The translations under genes and the position numbers were made by a program. 64,000 nucleotides of DNA from Haliotis cracherodii. Taxonomy: Eukaryota. The notes under the pieces are model-generated. The model saw only the letters and a program-made list of their open reading frames with translations. It was not told the DNA's origin and ran no database searches. Where the stretch lies: the NCBI RefSeq assembly GCF_022045235.1, contig NW_027266319.1, positions 55,924,001 through 55,988,000 on the forward strand. Reading direction: 5' to 3'. Below, one piece after another: positions 1 to 12,292 of the stretch (position 1 is the stretch's first letter; every line of letters begins with the position of its first letter).

Positions 1-2316
1 CACAGTTTTTAGCGGGCAGGCAATTTCAAGTCCGAGTGGGTTCAACCCTGTCTGACCATTATAATCAGGATCAGGGTGTCCCACAAGGAAGTATATTGTC
101 AGTTACTCTATTTAGTATTAAAATCAATAGTCTTTCAAAGGTTTTAAATGATGCAGTAGATGGGTCACTTTTCGTAGATGATTTTAATATATCTTGTCGT
201 GGTAAAAATATGCACACTATTGAGAGACAGCTACACTTATGCCTCAATAAAATACATAAATGGTGTCTAGAGAATGGGTTTAAGTTCTCTAAAGTCAAAA
301 CAAACTGTATCCATTTTTGCCGCAAATATAAACCGCATACGGACCCAGAACTGTTTTTGGCTGGTTTTCCTATTAAAGTTGTCAAGGAAGCCAAGTTCTT
401 GGGTATTATATTTGATAATCATCTAACATTTTTACCACATATAATATGGGGAGGGGATCGGACAACACTCCTTCATTTATATCGTTCTCTCATCCGTTCC
501 AAACTCGATTATGGCTCCATTATTTATGGTGGTGCCTGTAAAAGCAACTTAAAATTATTGGATTCAGTACATCATCAAGGACTGAGGCTATGTCTTGGTG
601 CCTTTAGAACTTCACCAGTTGACAGTTTATATGTAGAGGCAGACGAGCCATCTCTTAAACAACGTCGAATTAAACTTTCATTGCAATATGTGACTAAATT
701 ATACTCAAATCCGTCGAATCCAGCATACGACTGTGTGTTTAATCCCATGTATGAAAATCTATTCCAGTCAAAACCAAAGCTTGTCACCCCTCTAGGGTTC
801 AGAATTAAGCCACATATTACCGCAGCTACTATTGATCTTTCTACTATCTCACCATACCGGTTACTGTCTACACCTCCTTGGCAACTAGTCAAACCTTAGG
901 TAGACCTGACACTAACTACCCTAAAAAAAGCTGATACAAACAAGTTGATTTATCAACAAGAATATGCCCAGTTGCGGTCAAAATATGATACCCATCGCTC
1001 TATTTTTACTGATGGCTCCAAGGATGGTGGCAAAATGTCAAGTGCTACTGTCATTGGATCTAAAAGGGTGTCTTCTAGAATCCCAGATAATAGCTCTATT
1101 TTTACAGCTGAGGCCAATGCTATTCTTATAGCTTTGGACTTCATTCAAAACCAATCATCTCAACAGTTCATCATCTTTTCTGATTCCTTGTCATGCTTTC
1201 AGGCAATACATAATTGTTCTTCAAATCATCCGTTAATACGTGACATTTTAGAATTGAATAATGTTCTCGCCACTGCCCAATACGACATCGTCTTTTGCTG
1301 GTTGCCCAATCATGTTGGCATCGCTGGTAACACTATGGCTGATACTGCTGCAAAGGCAGCCCTCACCAAATCAGTAACACCACTTCTTTTACCATACAGT
1401 GATTACAAGCCAGTAATTCGATGCTACATCAATGATCTGATGCAAAAGAAGTGGAACACCCGAGTGGGTATCAACAAACTTATTGTTATAAAACCATCAA
1501 TAGGGTATATCTACTTGGGTTGCTCTTCAAGACATGATGAAGTTGTTTTGCAACGATGTCGTATTGGACACAGTCGATATACCCACGAGTATCTTTTAAA
1601 AGGTGAGGATCCCCCGTTCTGTGTCCCTTGTGATGAGCGAATCACAGTCAAGCATGTTTTGCTTGACTGTTGATTTTTCTCTCACAAGGGATAAATATTA
1701 TCATTCAACATCTTTAAAGGATCTTTTTTATGATATCAGTGCTCATTTAATTCTCGGTTTTTTAAAAGAAATACTATTATTTGATAAATTTTGAATTGTT
1801 TTAGAATAGTTGGATATTTTTGTCAACTGAGATGTATGTAGGCAGTGCCACTGAGGGGGTTAAAGCAGTGTAAAATTAATGTCCCCTGACAGTGGCACGT
1901 GAGTTCATATATATTGAAGTAATTAATATCAACTAGTGTTTTAATTCCTTGATTGTGTTTTCTTTTTTAATATTGGTTAATATTTCATACAACCACTCGT
2001 GACCAAAGTGATGGCATAAATCCTGCTAGGAATCATGCAGGAAGCAAAAGCACTGTAAGTCCCCATGATCCCCAGTTAGGTGGTCTAGCTTTAGTCGCCA
2101 GTGCTCTCTAGCCAGGTTTTACTTTCTAATAACTGTATTGAAAACGTCTTTGTTTTACTATTGCTCAGGTAAGTTTTATGTCTCCACTGTGATAATTACC
2201 TTACTGTTTTACTGTCCTTTGACGACAGAAATTTTAATATAATCAATTTGTTCTCATCGCGATATGGCTGCAATATTGCCGATGCGATATAAAATTATAA
2301 CTAACTCACTCACTGA
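1..2316 (+). mobile_element. I-group (I/Nimb-like) non-LTR retrotransposon, 3' part: RT C-terminus, RNase H, 3' UTR, (ACTC)n tail; decayed
   Basis: RT motifs GVPQGSILS and FVDDF (36-899); RNase H motifs FTDGS, FTAEA, FSDSLS, WLPxHVGIxGN (945-1673); in-frame TAG at 897-899 and a frameshift near 1670; ends in ctaactcactcact. Nearly identical to 27361-29668. Confidence 0.92.
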
Positions 2317-3564
2317 CTTTGCTGTAAAACAACATACACTCAAACCTCGCTGAATCCTCCAGAGCGCAAAGAGAAATTCTATCTCTGTTGTGGAACAAGA
2401 AATTCCGTTTTTTTTCCACGATCTACCCCAAGCATAACAAGAATATCAAATGGCCGGTCCACAACATAATACATAAATAATACATAAACACACTTCATAT
2501 ACACCCCTCCCGAAGAGGACAATTAGAAAGTGTGAACTAAAGTAGATACTTATCTTAGCTAAGCTGTATGACTTGCGTCTTGTTATTCGTACAGTCAAGC
2601 TACAGAATGACACCCAGTTGCTTACAACTGATATGTAAATTTGTAGATCCAAAATAAAAGAAACCAAAACATTTGCTTGTTTATAAAAAGCATCTTGTTG
2701 GGTACAATTTTGAAACTGAAAGCAGAGTTGTATGTAAATTTGTAGATCCAAAATAAAAAAAAACAAAATTTTGGTTAAAGTGGTTAACAGATGTGACAGC
2801 AGCTGAACCAAAGTGGCCAGAGGACGCCCCACCGAGACAATATCTGTAAAGTGCGCTTATACAATAAAGTCAATTGACCTGTGACCCAGTTGTATTTTCA
2901 TGCATCAGTTGTTTTGAAGGCCTCCAGTGTTTGCTGAATGGAAAATATATTTTTCTCAGAGATGGCCATATACACCTCTGGTACACAAATATAAGAAATT
3001 GTAGCAGTATCCAGCTCGTGGTTTAAAACCTAACGTGGGACGTACAAATTCACATATACCCCGTATGATACTGCCACAGCGATTAAAAATTAAAACAAAT
3101 TGAAAACAGATCGAAAACCACTGCTCGAATGAGCTAAGGGTAACTTGTGATGTCTCTCGTGTCATTCTTTGACTCGTAAACAATGTGCAGCTTTGTGCTT
3201 CGTAGCAGGGTGCAAGATATATGGCCTCGCTCATAAATACACGTGCAGCCTGTTTTCTTCATGTCGGGGTATACGGGATATATTGTCCCACTCAGAAATG
3301 TATTTCCCTCCCACTTGAGATACGTAGAATTTTATCAGTATCACATGTACCAATTAGATCTGAATATTCTGACATGGAGGTGTGATAAGTTTCTTTTAAA
3401 TATTCTCAAACAATTTTTAAAAAATAAATATCACACACAAATACACTTCACACACAGCCCTCGTAAAGAGGACAATTAGGAGGTGTGGACTAAGTAGATA
3501 CTTATCTCTTTTCATATTTACATTTGCACGTTTCTGTCAAACAGGCACTTAACATATTTTGGCA
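1..3564 (+). repeat. Segmental duplicate of 27361-30917 (LINE 3' half plus gene upstream region)
   Basis: Colinear near-identity, including the same non-LINE flank after the LINE tail (gctgtaaaacaacatacactcaaacc). Confidence 0.93.
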
Positions 3565-3601
3565 ACAGATTCACTTCACGGGTTGATGAACGGAAAGAAT
3601 G

Positions 3602-3664
3602 TATAAATACCAGGGACACGACATTCATAACAACTGTGACCTGTCTCGTGTCCTTCTGGTGAGT
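3602..3664 (+). promoter_or_regulatory. TATA box and short non-coding exon 1 of the peptide gene (copy 1)
   Basis: TATAAA at 3602-3607 followed ~50 nt later by donor CTG|GTGAGT (3658/3659). Conserved in all copies: TATA at 12854-12859(-), 13863-13868(+), 21128-21133(-), 36115-36120(-), 37475-37480(+), 51895-51900(-), 52786-52791(+), 63253-63258(-). Confidence 0.7.
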
Positions 3665-3877
3665 AATACTTTATGCACTATCTGTCTGATTAGTTTACGT
3701 GTAACTTATCATTTCAGTTGCCATTGGTTACAAAATGTGGATTTAACTGAGGATTTAATTGTTTGTAATGATAGTCAGTCGTCAAATCCATTACATCTTA
3801 AGCAATCAGCGTTTCATAAGGCAATCAGCAACAATAATCACACCCACATGAGAATGCGGCTTCTTAAAACAATTCAG

Positions 3878-4140
3878 TGGGGCCTGAGGGGCTCAGTCGT
3901 CTAAGGCGCCGCAATCCGCGGTGCTGAGTTGCGTTCCTTGGGCACGCCAGATTGTGCGTTCGAATCCCGGTTCACCCCGATTATGTTTCTACGTTTGTAA
4001 GCACCATACCCGTGCTCGTGGGTTTCGCCGAAGTTGTAAACGTCTAAAACCTGCATCACTGCGGCCTTCCCTCCCATATTAAGCTGACACGCCGTGATAT
4101 AACTGTTAATAGCTGCGTTAAACCCAACTCGCTCACACGC
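3878..4140 (+). mobile_element. tRNA-derived SINE in intron 1 of the peptide gene
   Basis: A-box-like ggctcagtcgtctaagg, B-box gttcgaatcc, 3' tail gtgatataactg...gcgttaaacccaactc resembling the I-LINE 3' end. Present in each copy (~12330-12592, 14139-14401, 20595-20858, 35590-35844, 37751-38013, 51362-51624, 53062-53326, 62735-62982). Confidence 0.8.
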
Positions 4141-4177
4141 TAAAACAATTTATTTTCACTACAGAATACATCCCAAG

Positions 4178-5458
4178 ATGCGTTTGTTCCTTGTCCTCCT
4201 GCTTGTGGCCATAGTCTCCATCCCTCAGTCTGATGCTTGGGGACGACGGAGACGACGGTTCGTTTGATGGCGCACAGTTGGCACAATAGCAAAGATTGGA
4301 GCCAGGGTGTTGTTGGGTGAGTGAAGCCAAAGAGTACTTCATTAAGTGCCTGACATACAGTATCTCCTATTTTCCCAAACTGTAATGGAGTTACGGTTTA
4401 AGTTATAGAACAATGAGCGGCTGTAGTAAGACACAATCGGTGATGTATCAAGTACATTAACGTCTCTCTTTTACATCAGGTTCAAATGAAAGTAATAAAT
4501 TAAATGCCTAAAGGGCCAACTCTGCTTTCAGTGTAAAAATTGTAACCGACAAGATGCTTTCTATAATCATGCAGTTGTGTAGACCGATGCTCATGATATA
4601 AGTTACTGGATTGTCTGTGCCACACCCAGTTATTTAAGTCCCACTGTCATTAAACACTACAGAATGAGACAAGATGTTGTTCGTTATTTGTTTTGATGTA
4701 AATCTTAGTCAGCCTGCCGAAGAGCTATATACATGTACGATGACGATTTAAAATGGAAAAGTGTATATGTTTTGGAATGTTACTGTAGATGTATATAAAT
4801 ATGTTCAAATGATATCAATACTCATAGCCTGATTAAAAGTGACCACTATCTCATATTCCTTAACCGAAAAAGCATTTGTGTTCTTTCATTTTGTATCTTT
4901 CCAAACATGACTATTTTCTTTCAAGACAAACGTAATGTGGATAACCTTGATACAAACATGGACGGCACAATTGACCTGTCCGAAGCTGAGACGCTAATGG
5001 ACAGACGATCGGCCATGGAGCTCCTTTCGTTCTCAGATGAAAATGGTAAGAGCTTTTGCCTTCAACTTCATTGATACAAATGAAATGTTTATTACTTTTA
5101 AAATAATGTAATTATTTGTCAAATGTTTGTATTTTTTTACTCTCATGGGTAATGCGGACCCTTTTCCCGAATAAATCTGACTCCTGAACATTTATTATGA
5201 CTGACTGCAACAACCTTTCTCCATTTAGGAGACTCAAGCGTGAGTTTGGAAGAGTTCGCAAGGAGCATCAACAACTTGGAGCAGTGAGTCAAATGTAAGG
5301 TGGAGCAAATCTTACTGCAATGATCCGTTTTATACAGTAGAAACCGTCATCCGTTCAACATAACTGTATCTGAAAATGTATGCTTCAGCAATAATTTCAT
5401 GTCAAATATGCCAAGATCATATGATTTGATGTATTTCTTTTGTAGATCACTCCATGGA
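4178..5458 (+). pseudogene. Cationic peptide/EF-hand precursor, copy 1, pseudogene
   Basis: Exons 4178-4316, 4926-5045, 5229-5283, 5446-. AGA>TGA at codon 30 (4265-4267); amidation Gly47>Asp (G|AC); AATAAA at 5536-5541. Confidence 0.85.
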
Positions 5459-5934
5459 AGAGACACTGGCATCGCACTTTGAAGGCGATTTCGAGGATGT
5501 ATTCCTGAATAGTGTTCCCACAAGTCAATAGTTTCAATAAATAATTATAACAATCACCTTTGTTGTGTCTTGCTCATTAAAGACGTCTTTACAGGTGTCA
5601 TTTCAGACAACAGGTGATCCAATATGTAATGCTTGTATCTGATTTCTAATGTGTTCACTGCCACCATCTCGTTCAACATAATATTGATCTGCAATCGTAC
5701 AACAACATAATCAGCAAAATGTATATTATATCAAGTATATCTGATATACAATATTTGTTTTGTTTGTTGTTTGTTTAATCGTACAACATTACCAGCAAAG
5801 GTAGTTCCTCAAAAGGAGATATGACATTAGCATATGTATGTTCACATTGTTCTACACTGACATCTTTTGCAGTTTTAAAAAAAATATATTCAAATAATAT
5901 CATCATGAGATGAGAAAGGTATATGATGTTTAAT

Positions 5935-6186
5935 TGTTTGTTTGTTGTTGAACGCCGCACTCAGCAATATTCCAGCTATGTGACGGCGGTCTGTAAATAA
6001 TCGAGTATGGACCAGACAATCCAGTGATTAATTATAATCAAAATAATTCCTCGCAATTGGTATTCGATGACATGCATCAACCAAGTCAGCGAGCCTAACC
6101 ACCCGATCCCGTTAGTCGCTTCTTACGACAAGCATGGTCGCCTTATGGTTTGCTGAAGACCTATTCTATCCCGGATCTTCACGGCT
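5935..6186 (-). mobile_element. Second SINE-like family with a structured non-tRNA head and I-LINE-type tail
   Basis: Head ccgtgaagatccgggatagaataggtcttcag...cttgtcgtaagaagcgactaacgg; tail gctggaatattgctgagtgcggcgttcaac(aaac)n. Other copies ~9163-9412(+), 16042-16293(-), 31068-31318(+), 39919-46233(-, split by Ngaro), 49211-49460(+), 55233-55485(-), 59005-59255(+). Confidence 0.7.
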
Positions 6187-6284
6187 CGTTATGTTAAGCG
6201 AGTGAGTGAGATAGTTTAATGTTAACGTCACATCGACAATACACTATTTCAGTCATATCATGACGACATATAGTTATACATTCC

Positions 6285-6286
<2 letters not shown>

Positions 6287-6352
<66 letters not shown>
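6287..6352 (+). repeat. (CA)n microsatellite, one per array unit
   Basis: Also at ~9025-9062, 16395-16452, 18609-18672, 30923-30966, 31878-31946, 46335-46375, 49069-49134; length varies between copies. Confidence 0.95.
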
Positions 6353-6356
<4 letters not shown>

Positions 6357-7215
6357 CAGTGATGGACAGTATCATAACTACATTATCACAGTTTCAAATT
6401 AAATCAAGTTGAGAGCATGTAAAAGACAACAACAACACAAAAAAACGGACAAGGAACCGTAGGGACGATACTTCTGCCACCTGCACGGTTCCCCAGCAGA
6501 ATTGACACTATCCCTTCAGCTGCTGGCAAGTGTAGTCAGTTTATTCCACCAGTTAAAACTAACAAATATACTACACTTATAAATGTGACAGTTTAAATTT
6601 ACTTTGAAAGATGTGGAACGTATGTACCCTGTCAGGGGGACACTGATATCAGATTCTTTATTCTCCATAGACCACCGACGGTGGTACAAGAGCATACTTA
6701 AAGTACAGAGATAAATATAATATGTACATCAAGACGGCTGTGTGCATTTAGAGTTAGCATTCAAGGTGTTTAATACAAATAATACATATACATTATGCAT
6801 GTGGAACGTATGTACCCTATCAGGGGGACACTGATATCACTGTACTTGGATTCAACCACAAACAATCTCAGTTGCGAATTTGAAAACATGTTTTTAAAAA
6901 AATATTAACAAAAATATTTCAAATAATTCTATATCCTTTAAAAGCCAATATTTAAACGAGAATTAATTCTACGAAAAAGATCTTTAATAGATGATGATTT
7001 GAAAGATTGATCTTTCATCACAAGGGATGCAGAATGGAGGGTCCTCACCTTTCAATAAATGTTCACGACTTTAGCGTCAATGGCCAATACGACATCATCG
7101 GTTTTTGACCTTTCCAAATCTGGACTGACTAACCAAAATCGGTGTAACCGATGGTTGGTGTAATTTCATGTAGCGTATTTACACCTACTCGGGTGTCCCT
7201 CTTCTTTTGCATGAG

Positions 7216-7479
7216 GGGGCACGGGTGGCCCAGTCGTCTAAGGCGCCGCTATTCCCTTGAACACACCAGAAACCTATGAATGTGGGTTCGAATCCCAGTT
7301 CGCCCCGATTATGTTTCTAGGTTTGTCAGCACCATACCTGTGCTCGTGGGTTTCACCGAAGTGGTAAACTTTTGAAACCTGCATCACTTCGGACTTTCCT
7401 CCCACATTAAGCTGACAGGCCGTGATATAACTGGAATATTGTTAAAAGCGGCGTTAAACCCAACTCACTCACTCACTCC
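7216..7479 (+). mobile_element. tRNA-derived SINE with target-site duplication
   Basis: A/B boxes, (ACTC)n tail, flanked by TTTGCATGAG at 7206-7215 and 7480-7489; same family as the intron-1 SINE. Equivalent copies ~56545-56808(+), 47950-48205(-), 57712-57968(-). Confidence 0.85.
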
Positions 7480-9021
7480 TTTGCATGAGATCATTGATGT
7501 AACATCTAATTACGAGCTAATAATCACTGTATGGACTTAGAAGTAGTGTCACAGATTTGTTGAGAGTTTTTGCAGCCGTATCGGCCATTGAAACATGGCT
7601 GGGTAACCACCAAAAGACGATGTCATATTGGCCAGTAGCTATTAAAACACGCCAGATCATTAAAACACGCAAAAATGTCGACCAAGAGTGGATGTTTACA
7701 TGACACATTTTGTAATAGCCTGAAGGCACGAAGGAGAATGGGAAAAGGTATAAGCTGTTTATGTTCAGATTGGTTCTTGATATATTTTAGTGCTGTTAAA
7801 ATGACATTTGCTTCTACTGTGAATATGGAACTGTTATATGGTAATCTTGAAGATAGTGTTCTAGATCCAATGATAGTGACATTAGCAACTGTGCCACCAT
7901 CCTTGGATCCATCTGTAAGAAGAAAACAGCGTTATCCCTATCCCCTGCCATTATAATTATATTTGTTCATTTAGTAGTGGATATAACCAACGCAAAGTAT
8001 CAATATGCATGTTTCAAAGTAAAGTAGAGGAATGCCTAGAAACATAATCGGGGCGAACTGGGATTCGAATCCACAATCATAGGTTTCTGGTGTGTTCAAG
8101 GGACACGACTCTGCACAGCGACTCGCGGCGCCTTAGACGACTGGGCCACCCATGCCCCCTCATGCAAAAGAAGAGGGACACCCGAATAGGTGTAAATACG
8201 TTACATGAAATTACACCATCCATCGGTTACACCGATTTTGGTTAGTCAGTCCAGATTTGGAAAGGTCAAAACCGATGATGTCGTATTGGCCATTGACGCT
8301 AAAGTCATGAACATTTATTGAAAGGTGAGGACCCTCCATTCTGCATCCCTTGTGATGAAAGATCAATGTTTCAAATCATCATCTATTAAAGATCTTTTTC
8401 GTAGAATTAATTCTCGTTTAAATATTGGCTCTTAAAGGATATAGAATTATTTGAAATATTTTTGTTAATATTTTTTTAAAAACATGTTTTCAAATTCGCA
8501 ACTGAGATTGTTTGTGGTTGAATCCAACTACAGTGATATCAGTGTCCCCCTGATAGGGTACATACGTTCCACATGCATAATGTATATGTATTATTTGTAT
8601 TTAACACCTTGAATGCTAACTCTAAATGCACACAGCCGTCTTGATGTACACATTATATTTATCTCTGTACTTTAAGTATGCTCTTGTACCACCGTCGGTG
8701 GTCTATGGAGAATAAAGAATCTGATATCAGTGTCCCCCTGAGAGGGTATATACGTTCCACATCTTTCAAAGTAAATTTAAACTGTCACATTTATAAGCGT
8801 AGTATATTTGTTAGTTTTAACTGGTGGATTAAACTGACTACACTTGCCAGCAGCTGAAGGGATAGTGTCAATTCTGCTGGGGAACCGTGCAGGTGGCAGA
8901 AGTATCGTCCCTACGGTTCCTTGTCCGTTTTTTATATTGTGTTTTTGTTGTCTTTTACATGCTCTCAACTTGATTTAATTTGAAACTGTGATAATCTAGT
9001 TATGATACTGTCCATCACTGA

Positions 9022-9064
<43 letters not shown>

Positions 9065-9889
9065 GGAATGTATAACTATATGTCGTCATGATATGACTGA
9101 AGTAGTGTATTGTCGATGTGACGTTAACATTGAACTATCTCACTCACTCGCTTAACATAACGAGCCGTGAAGATCCGGGATAGAATAGGTCTTCAGCAAA
9201 CCATAAGGCGACCATGCTTGTCGTAAGAAGCGACTAACGGGATCGGGTGGTTAGGCTCGCTGACTTGGTTGATGCATGTCATCGAATACCAATTGCGAGG
9301 AATTATTTTCATGATATTAATCACTGGATTGTCTGGTCCATACTCGATTATTTACAGACCGCCGTCACATGGCTGGAATATTGCTGAGTGCGGCGTTCAA
9401 CAACAAACAAACAATTAAACATCATATACCTTTCTCATCTCATGATGATATTATTTGAATATATTTTTTTTAAAACTGCAAAAGATGTCAGTGTAGAACA
9501 ATGTGAACATACATATGCTAATGTCATATCTCCTTTTGAGGAACTACCTTTGCTGGTAATGTTGTACGATTAAACAAACAACAAACAAAACAAATATTGT
9601 ATATCAGATATACTTGATATAATATACATTTTGCTGATTATGTTGTTGTACGATTGCAGATCAATATTATGTTGAACGAGATGGTGGCAGTGAACACATT
9701 AGAAATCAGATACAAGCATTACATATTGGATCACCTGTTGTCTGAAATGACACCTGTAAAGACGTCTTTAATGAGCAAGACACAACAAAGGTGATTGTAA
9801 TAATTATTTATTGAAACTATTGACTTGTGGGAACACTATTCAGGAATACATTCTCGAAATCGCCTTCAAAGTGCGATGCCAGTGTCTCT

Positions 9890-12292
9890 TCAATAGAGTG
9901 ATCTACAAAAGAAATACATCAAATCATATGATCTTGGCATATTTGACATGAAATTATTGCTGAAGCATACATTTTCAGATACAGTTATGTTGAACGGATG
10001 ATGGTTTCTACTGTATAAAACGGATCATTGCAGTAAGATTTGCTCCACCTTACATTTGACTCACTGCTCCAAGTTGTTGATGCTCCTTGCGAACTCTTCC
10101 AAACTCACGCTTGAGTCTCCTAAATGGAGAAAGGTTGTTGCAGTCAGTCAGAATATATGTTCAGGAGTCAGATTTATTCGGGAAAAGGGTCCACATTACC
10201 CATGAGCGTCAAAACAAATACAAACACTTGACAAATAATTACATTATTTTAAACATTTCATTTGTATAAATGAAGTTGAAGGCAAAAGCTCTTACCATTT
10301 TCATCTGAGAACGAAAGGAGCTCCATGGCCGATCGTCTGTCCATTAGCGTCTCAGCTTCGGACAGGTCAATTGTGCCGTCCATGTTTGTATCAAGGTTAT
10401 CCACATTACGTTTGCCTTGAATGAAAATAGTCATGTTTGGAAAGATACAAAATGAAAGAACACGAATGCATTTTCGGTTAAGGAATATGAGATAGTGGTC
10501 ACTTTTAATCAGGCTATGAGTATTGATATCAAATGAACATATTTATATTTATCATATAATGGGTAGGTTTCTCGGCGGGATAAAGCCAACGGATAAAAAC
10601 GATATCCGTTGGGGTCATATGCGGATAGAGATGCAAATATCAAAGGTCAAGTAGGGACTACTTTCAGTGTTTATAAACAAACATGGCGTCGCACTTGTCA
10701 TTCGGCGATCGAGTCAGAATTAACCATCGTGAATCTGGATAAACTACAGGGATAATTGATACAATTATTTTAAAAAAACAGTCTTATATACTGAAAGTCA
10801 GTGTCGAACTGCGACGTAACTAAGGCATTTTATAGGTTTGGGCAACTTTGGAGATATAAATTTCGAAACAATTTTGCGAGGGCACAAGGCCTAGCCAAGC
10901 GGGATCAGAAGCCATATCTGTGCTTGTAGACCTCTGCGGCTTGAAACCTTTTCCACAAATAAAATAGTTGGGTTTAGGCAAAACATGTATGAATCGGTAC
11001 CTTGTTTCGTTTTGGCGCTGTGTATACATCTGACTACACTTCTTAACGTTATGACAGAACAGGCCGACTGTGAACAATCACTGGCCGTGACATCTCATAG
11101 ACTAGGGTGAGAGTAGATTCCCTTTGACAAAGGGCAGTTACTCTAGCGGACAGACCGATGGATTGTCGCGAAAGGCAATTAAAAACAATTGTTGTTTTGC
11201 GTATATGTTGCTTCGCCACTGTATAAGAAACAGATTTCAGTTTCAACTATATTGGCTTCTGTCACTGTCCGACTGACACATCACCTACCCTGTGACGTAA
11301 TAAATATTAATGCGCGCATACCAGGAAAACTCGCAATGTTTAGGTAATGTTTGTGAGTGAGGGGAAGCGATTTTCAAGCACAGAATTGAAGAATGACATT
11401 ATATGATAAAGAGGTTATCACGCTTGTGTGTTTAGGGATGGTAAATATCCTGTATTAGGAATAAACACTATGTATTTAGCTCGCCAAGGCTCGCTAAATA
11501 CAATGTATATTCCTAATGCAGGATATTTACCATCCACAAACACACTCGCGTGATAACCTCTATACATCTACAGTAACATTCCAAAACATATACTTGTTTC
11601 CATTTCAAATCGTCATCGTATATAGCTCTTCGGCTGGCTGACTAACATTTACATCAAAACAAATAGCGAACACCATTCTGTCTGATTCTGTAGTGCTTAA
11701 ATGACATGATCACATTTTCATTATGTTCGTTTTCTAGAATAGACTAGTCCATGTAATATTTTCATACATTCAAAAACAATGTTCGGTGTCCGTTTTCGTT
11801 CAGCAATATTCCAGGTAATATAACAGTTGGACTTAAATAACTGGGTGTGGCACAGACAATCCAGTGACTTATATCATGAGCATCGGTCTACACAACTGCA
11901 TGATTATAGAAAGCATCTTGTCGGTTACAATTTTTACACTGAAAGCAGAGTTGGCCTTTTAGGCATTTAATTTATTACTTTCATTTGAACCTGATGTAAA
12001 AGAGAGACGTTAATGTACTTGATACATCACCGATTTGGTCCTACTACAGCCGCTCATTGTTCTATAACTTAAACCGTAACTCCAGTACAGTTTGGGAAAA
12101 TAGAAGATACTGTATGTCAGGCACTTAATGAAGTACTCTTTGGCTTCGCTCACCCAACAACACCCTGGCTCCAATCCGTGCTATTGTGCCAACTGTGCGC
12201 CATCTAACGAACCGTCGTCTCCGTCGTCCCCAGGCATCAGAGTGAGGGATGGAGACTATGGCCACAAGCAGGAGGACAAGGAACAAACGCAT
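9890..12292 (-). CDS. Secreted cationic peptide precursor with two EF-hands, copy 2 (Q17H, K39R)
   Basis: Coding exons 12292-12154, 10415-10296, 10119-10065, 9902-9890; all GT-AG, phases 1/1/2; open frame of 108 aa (105 aa if the CAG TGA at the end of exon 4 is the stop). Confidence 0.85.
10548..11560. mobile_element. Non-autonomous DNA element in intron 2 of copy 2
   Basis: Absent from all other copies (empty site atttatatacatct); TA duplicated; 14-bp inverted repeat 10548-10561/11397-11410 followed by a ~150-bp imperfect palindrome 11411-11560. Confidence 0.85.

Larger units (their letters stand above)
6197..7960 (-). mobile_element. Old degenerate I-group LINE 3' fragment (RNase H remnant, 3' UTR, tail), interrupted by (CA)n and a SINE
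   Basis: Minus-strand remnants QYDIVFWWLPSHVSMADTAAK, DGSKDGG and KGEDP align with the RNase H region of the younger LINE; gagtgagtgag tail near 6199. Part of every array unit (e.g. 47045-47345, 56808-57110). Confidence 0.7.

Noticed and set aside
2956-3234. Recurrent short ORFs MSEAIY..., MRACKRQ..., MRRSTTN..., MRTLPNS...
   Set aside because: Chance ORFs in duplicated flanks, decayed repeats or the antisense of exon 4; disrupted in several copies.
3599-3904. Recurrent ORF MYKYQGHDIHNN... (~100 aa)
   Set aside because: Spans the TATA box, non-coding exon 1, intron 1 and SINE; no protein features; frame varies among copies.
3878-3980. tRNA-like sequence with A and B boxes
   Set aside because: No clean cloverleaf; continues into a SINE body and tail, so it is a SINE head and not a tRNA gene.
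4133-4342. Recurrent 69-aa ORF MKYSLASLTQQHPGS... (nine copies)
   Set aside because: Antisense shadow of the real signal/mature-peptide exon; it recurs only because the DNA is duplicated.
6150-6186. CTGAAGA suggesting a hammerhead ribozyme core
   Set aside because: No correctly placed GAAA or stem III and cleavage triplet found.
6612-6840. Two ~40-bp direct repeats, superficially CRISPR-like
   Set aside because: Only two units ~190 bp apart in eukaryotic DNA; they resemble the LINE 3' UTR on the minus strand.
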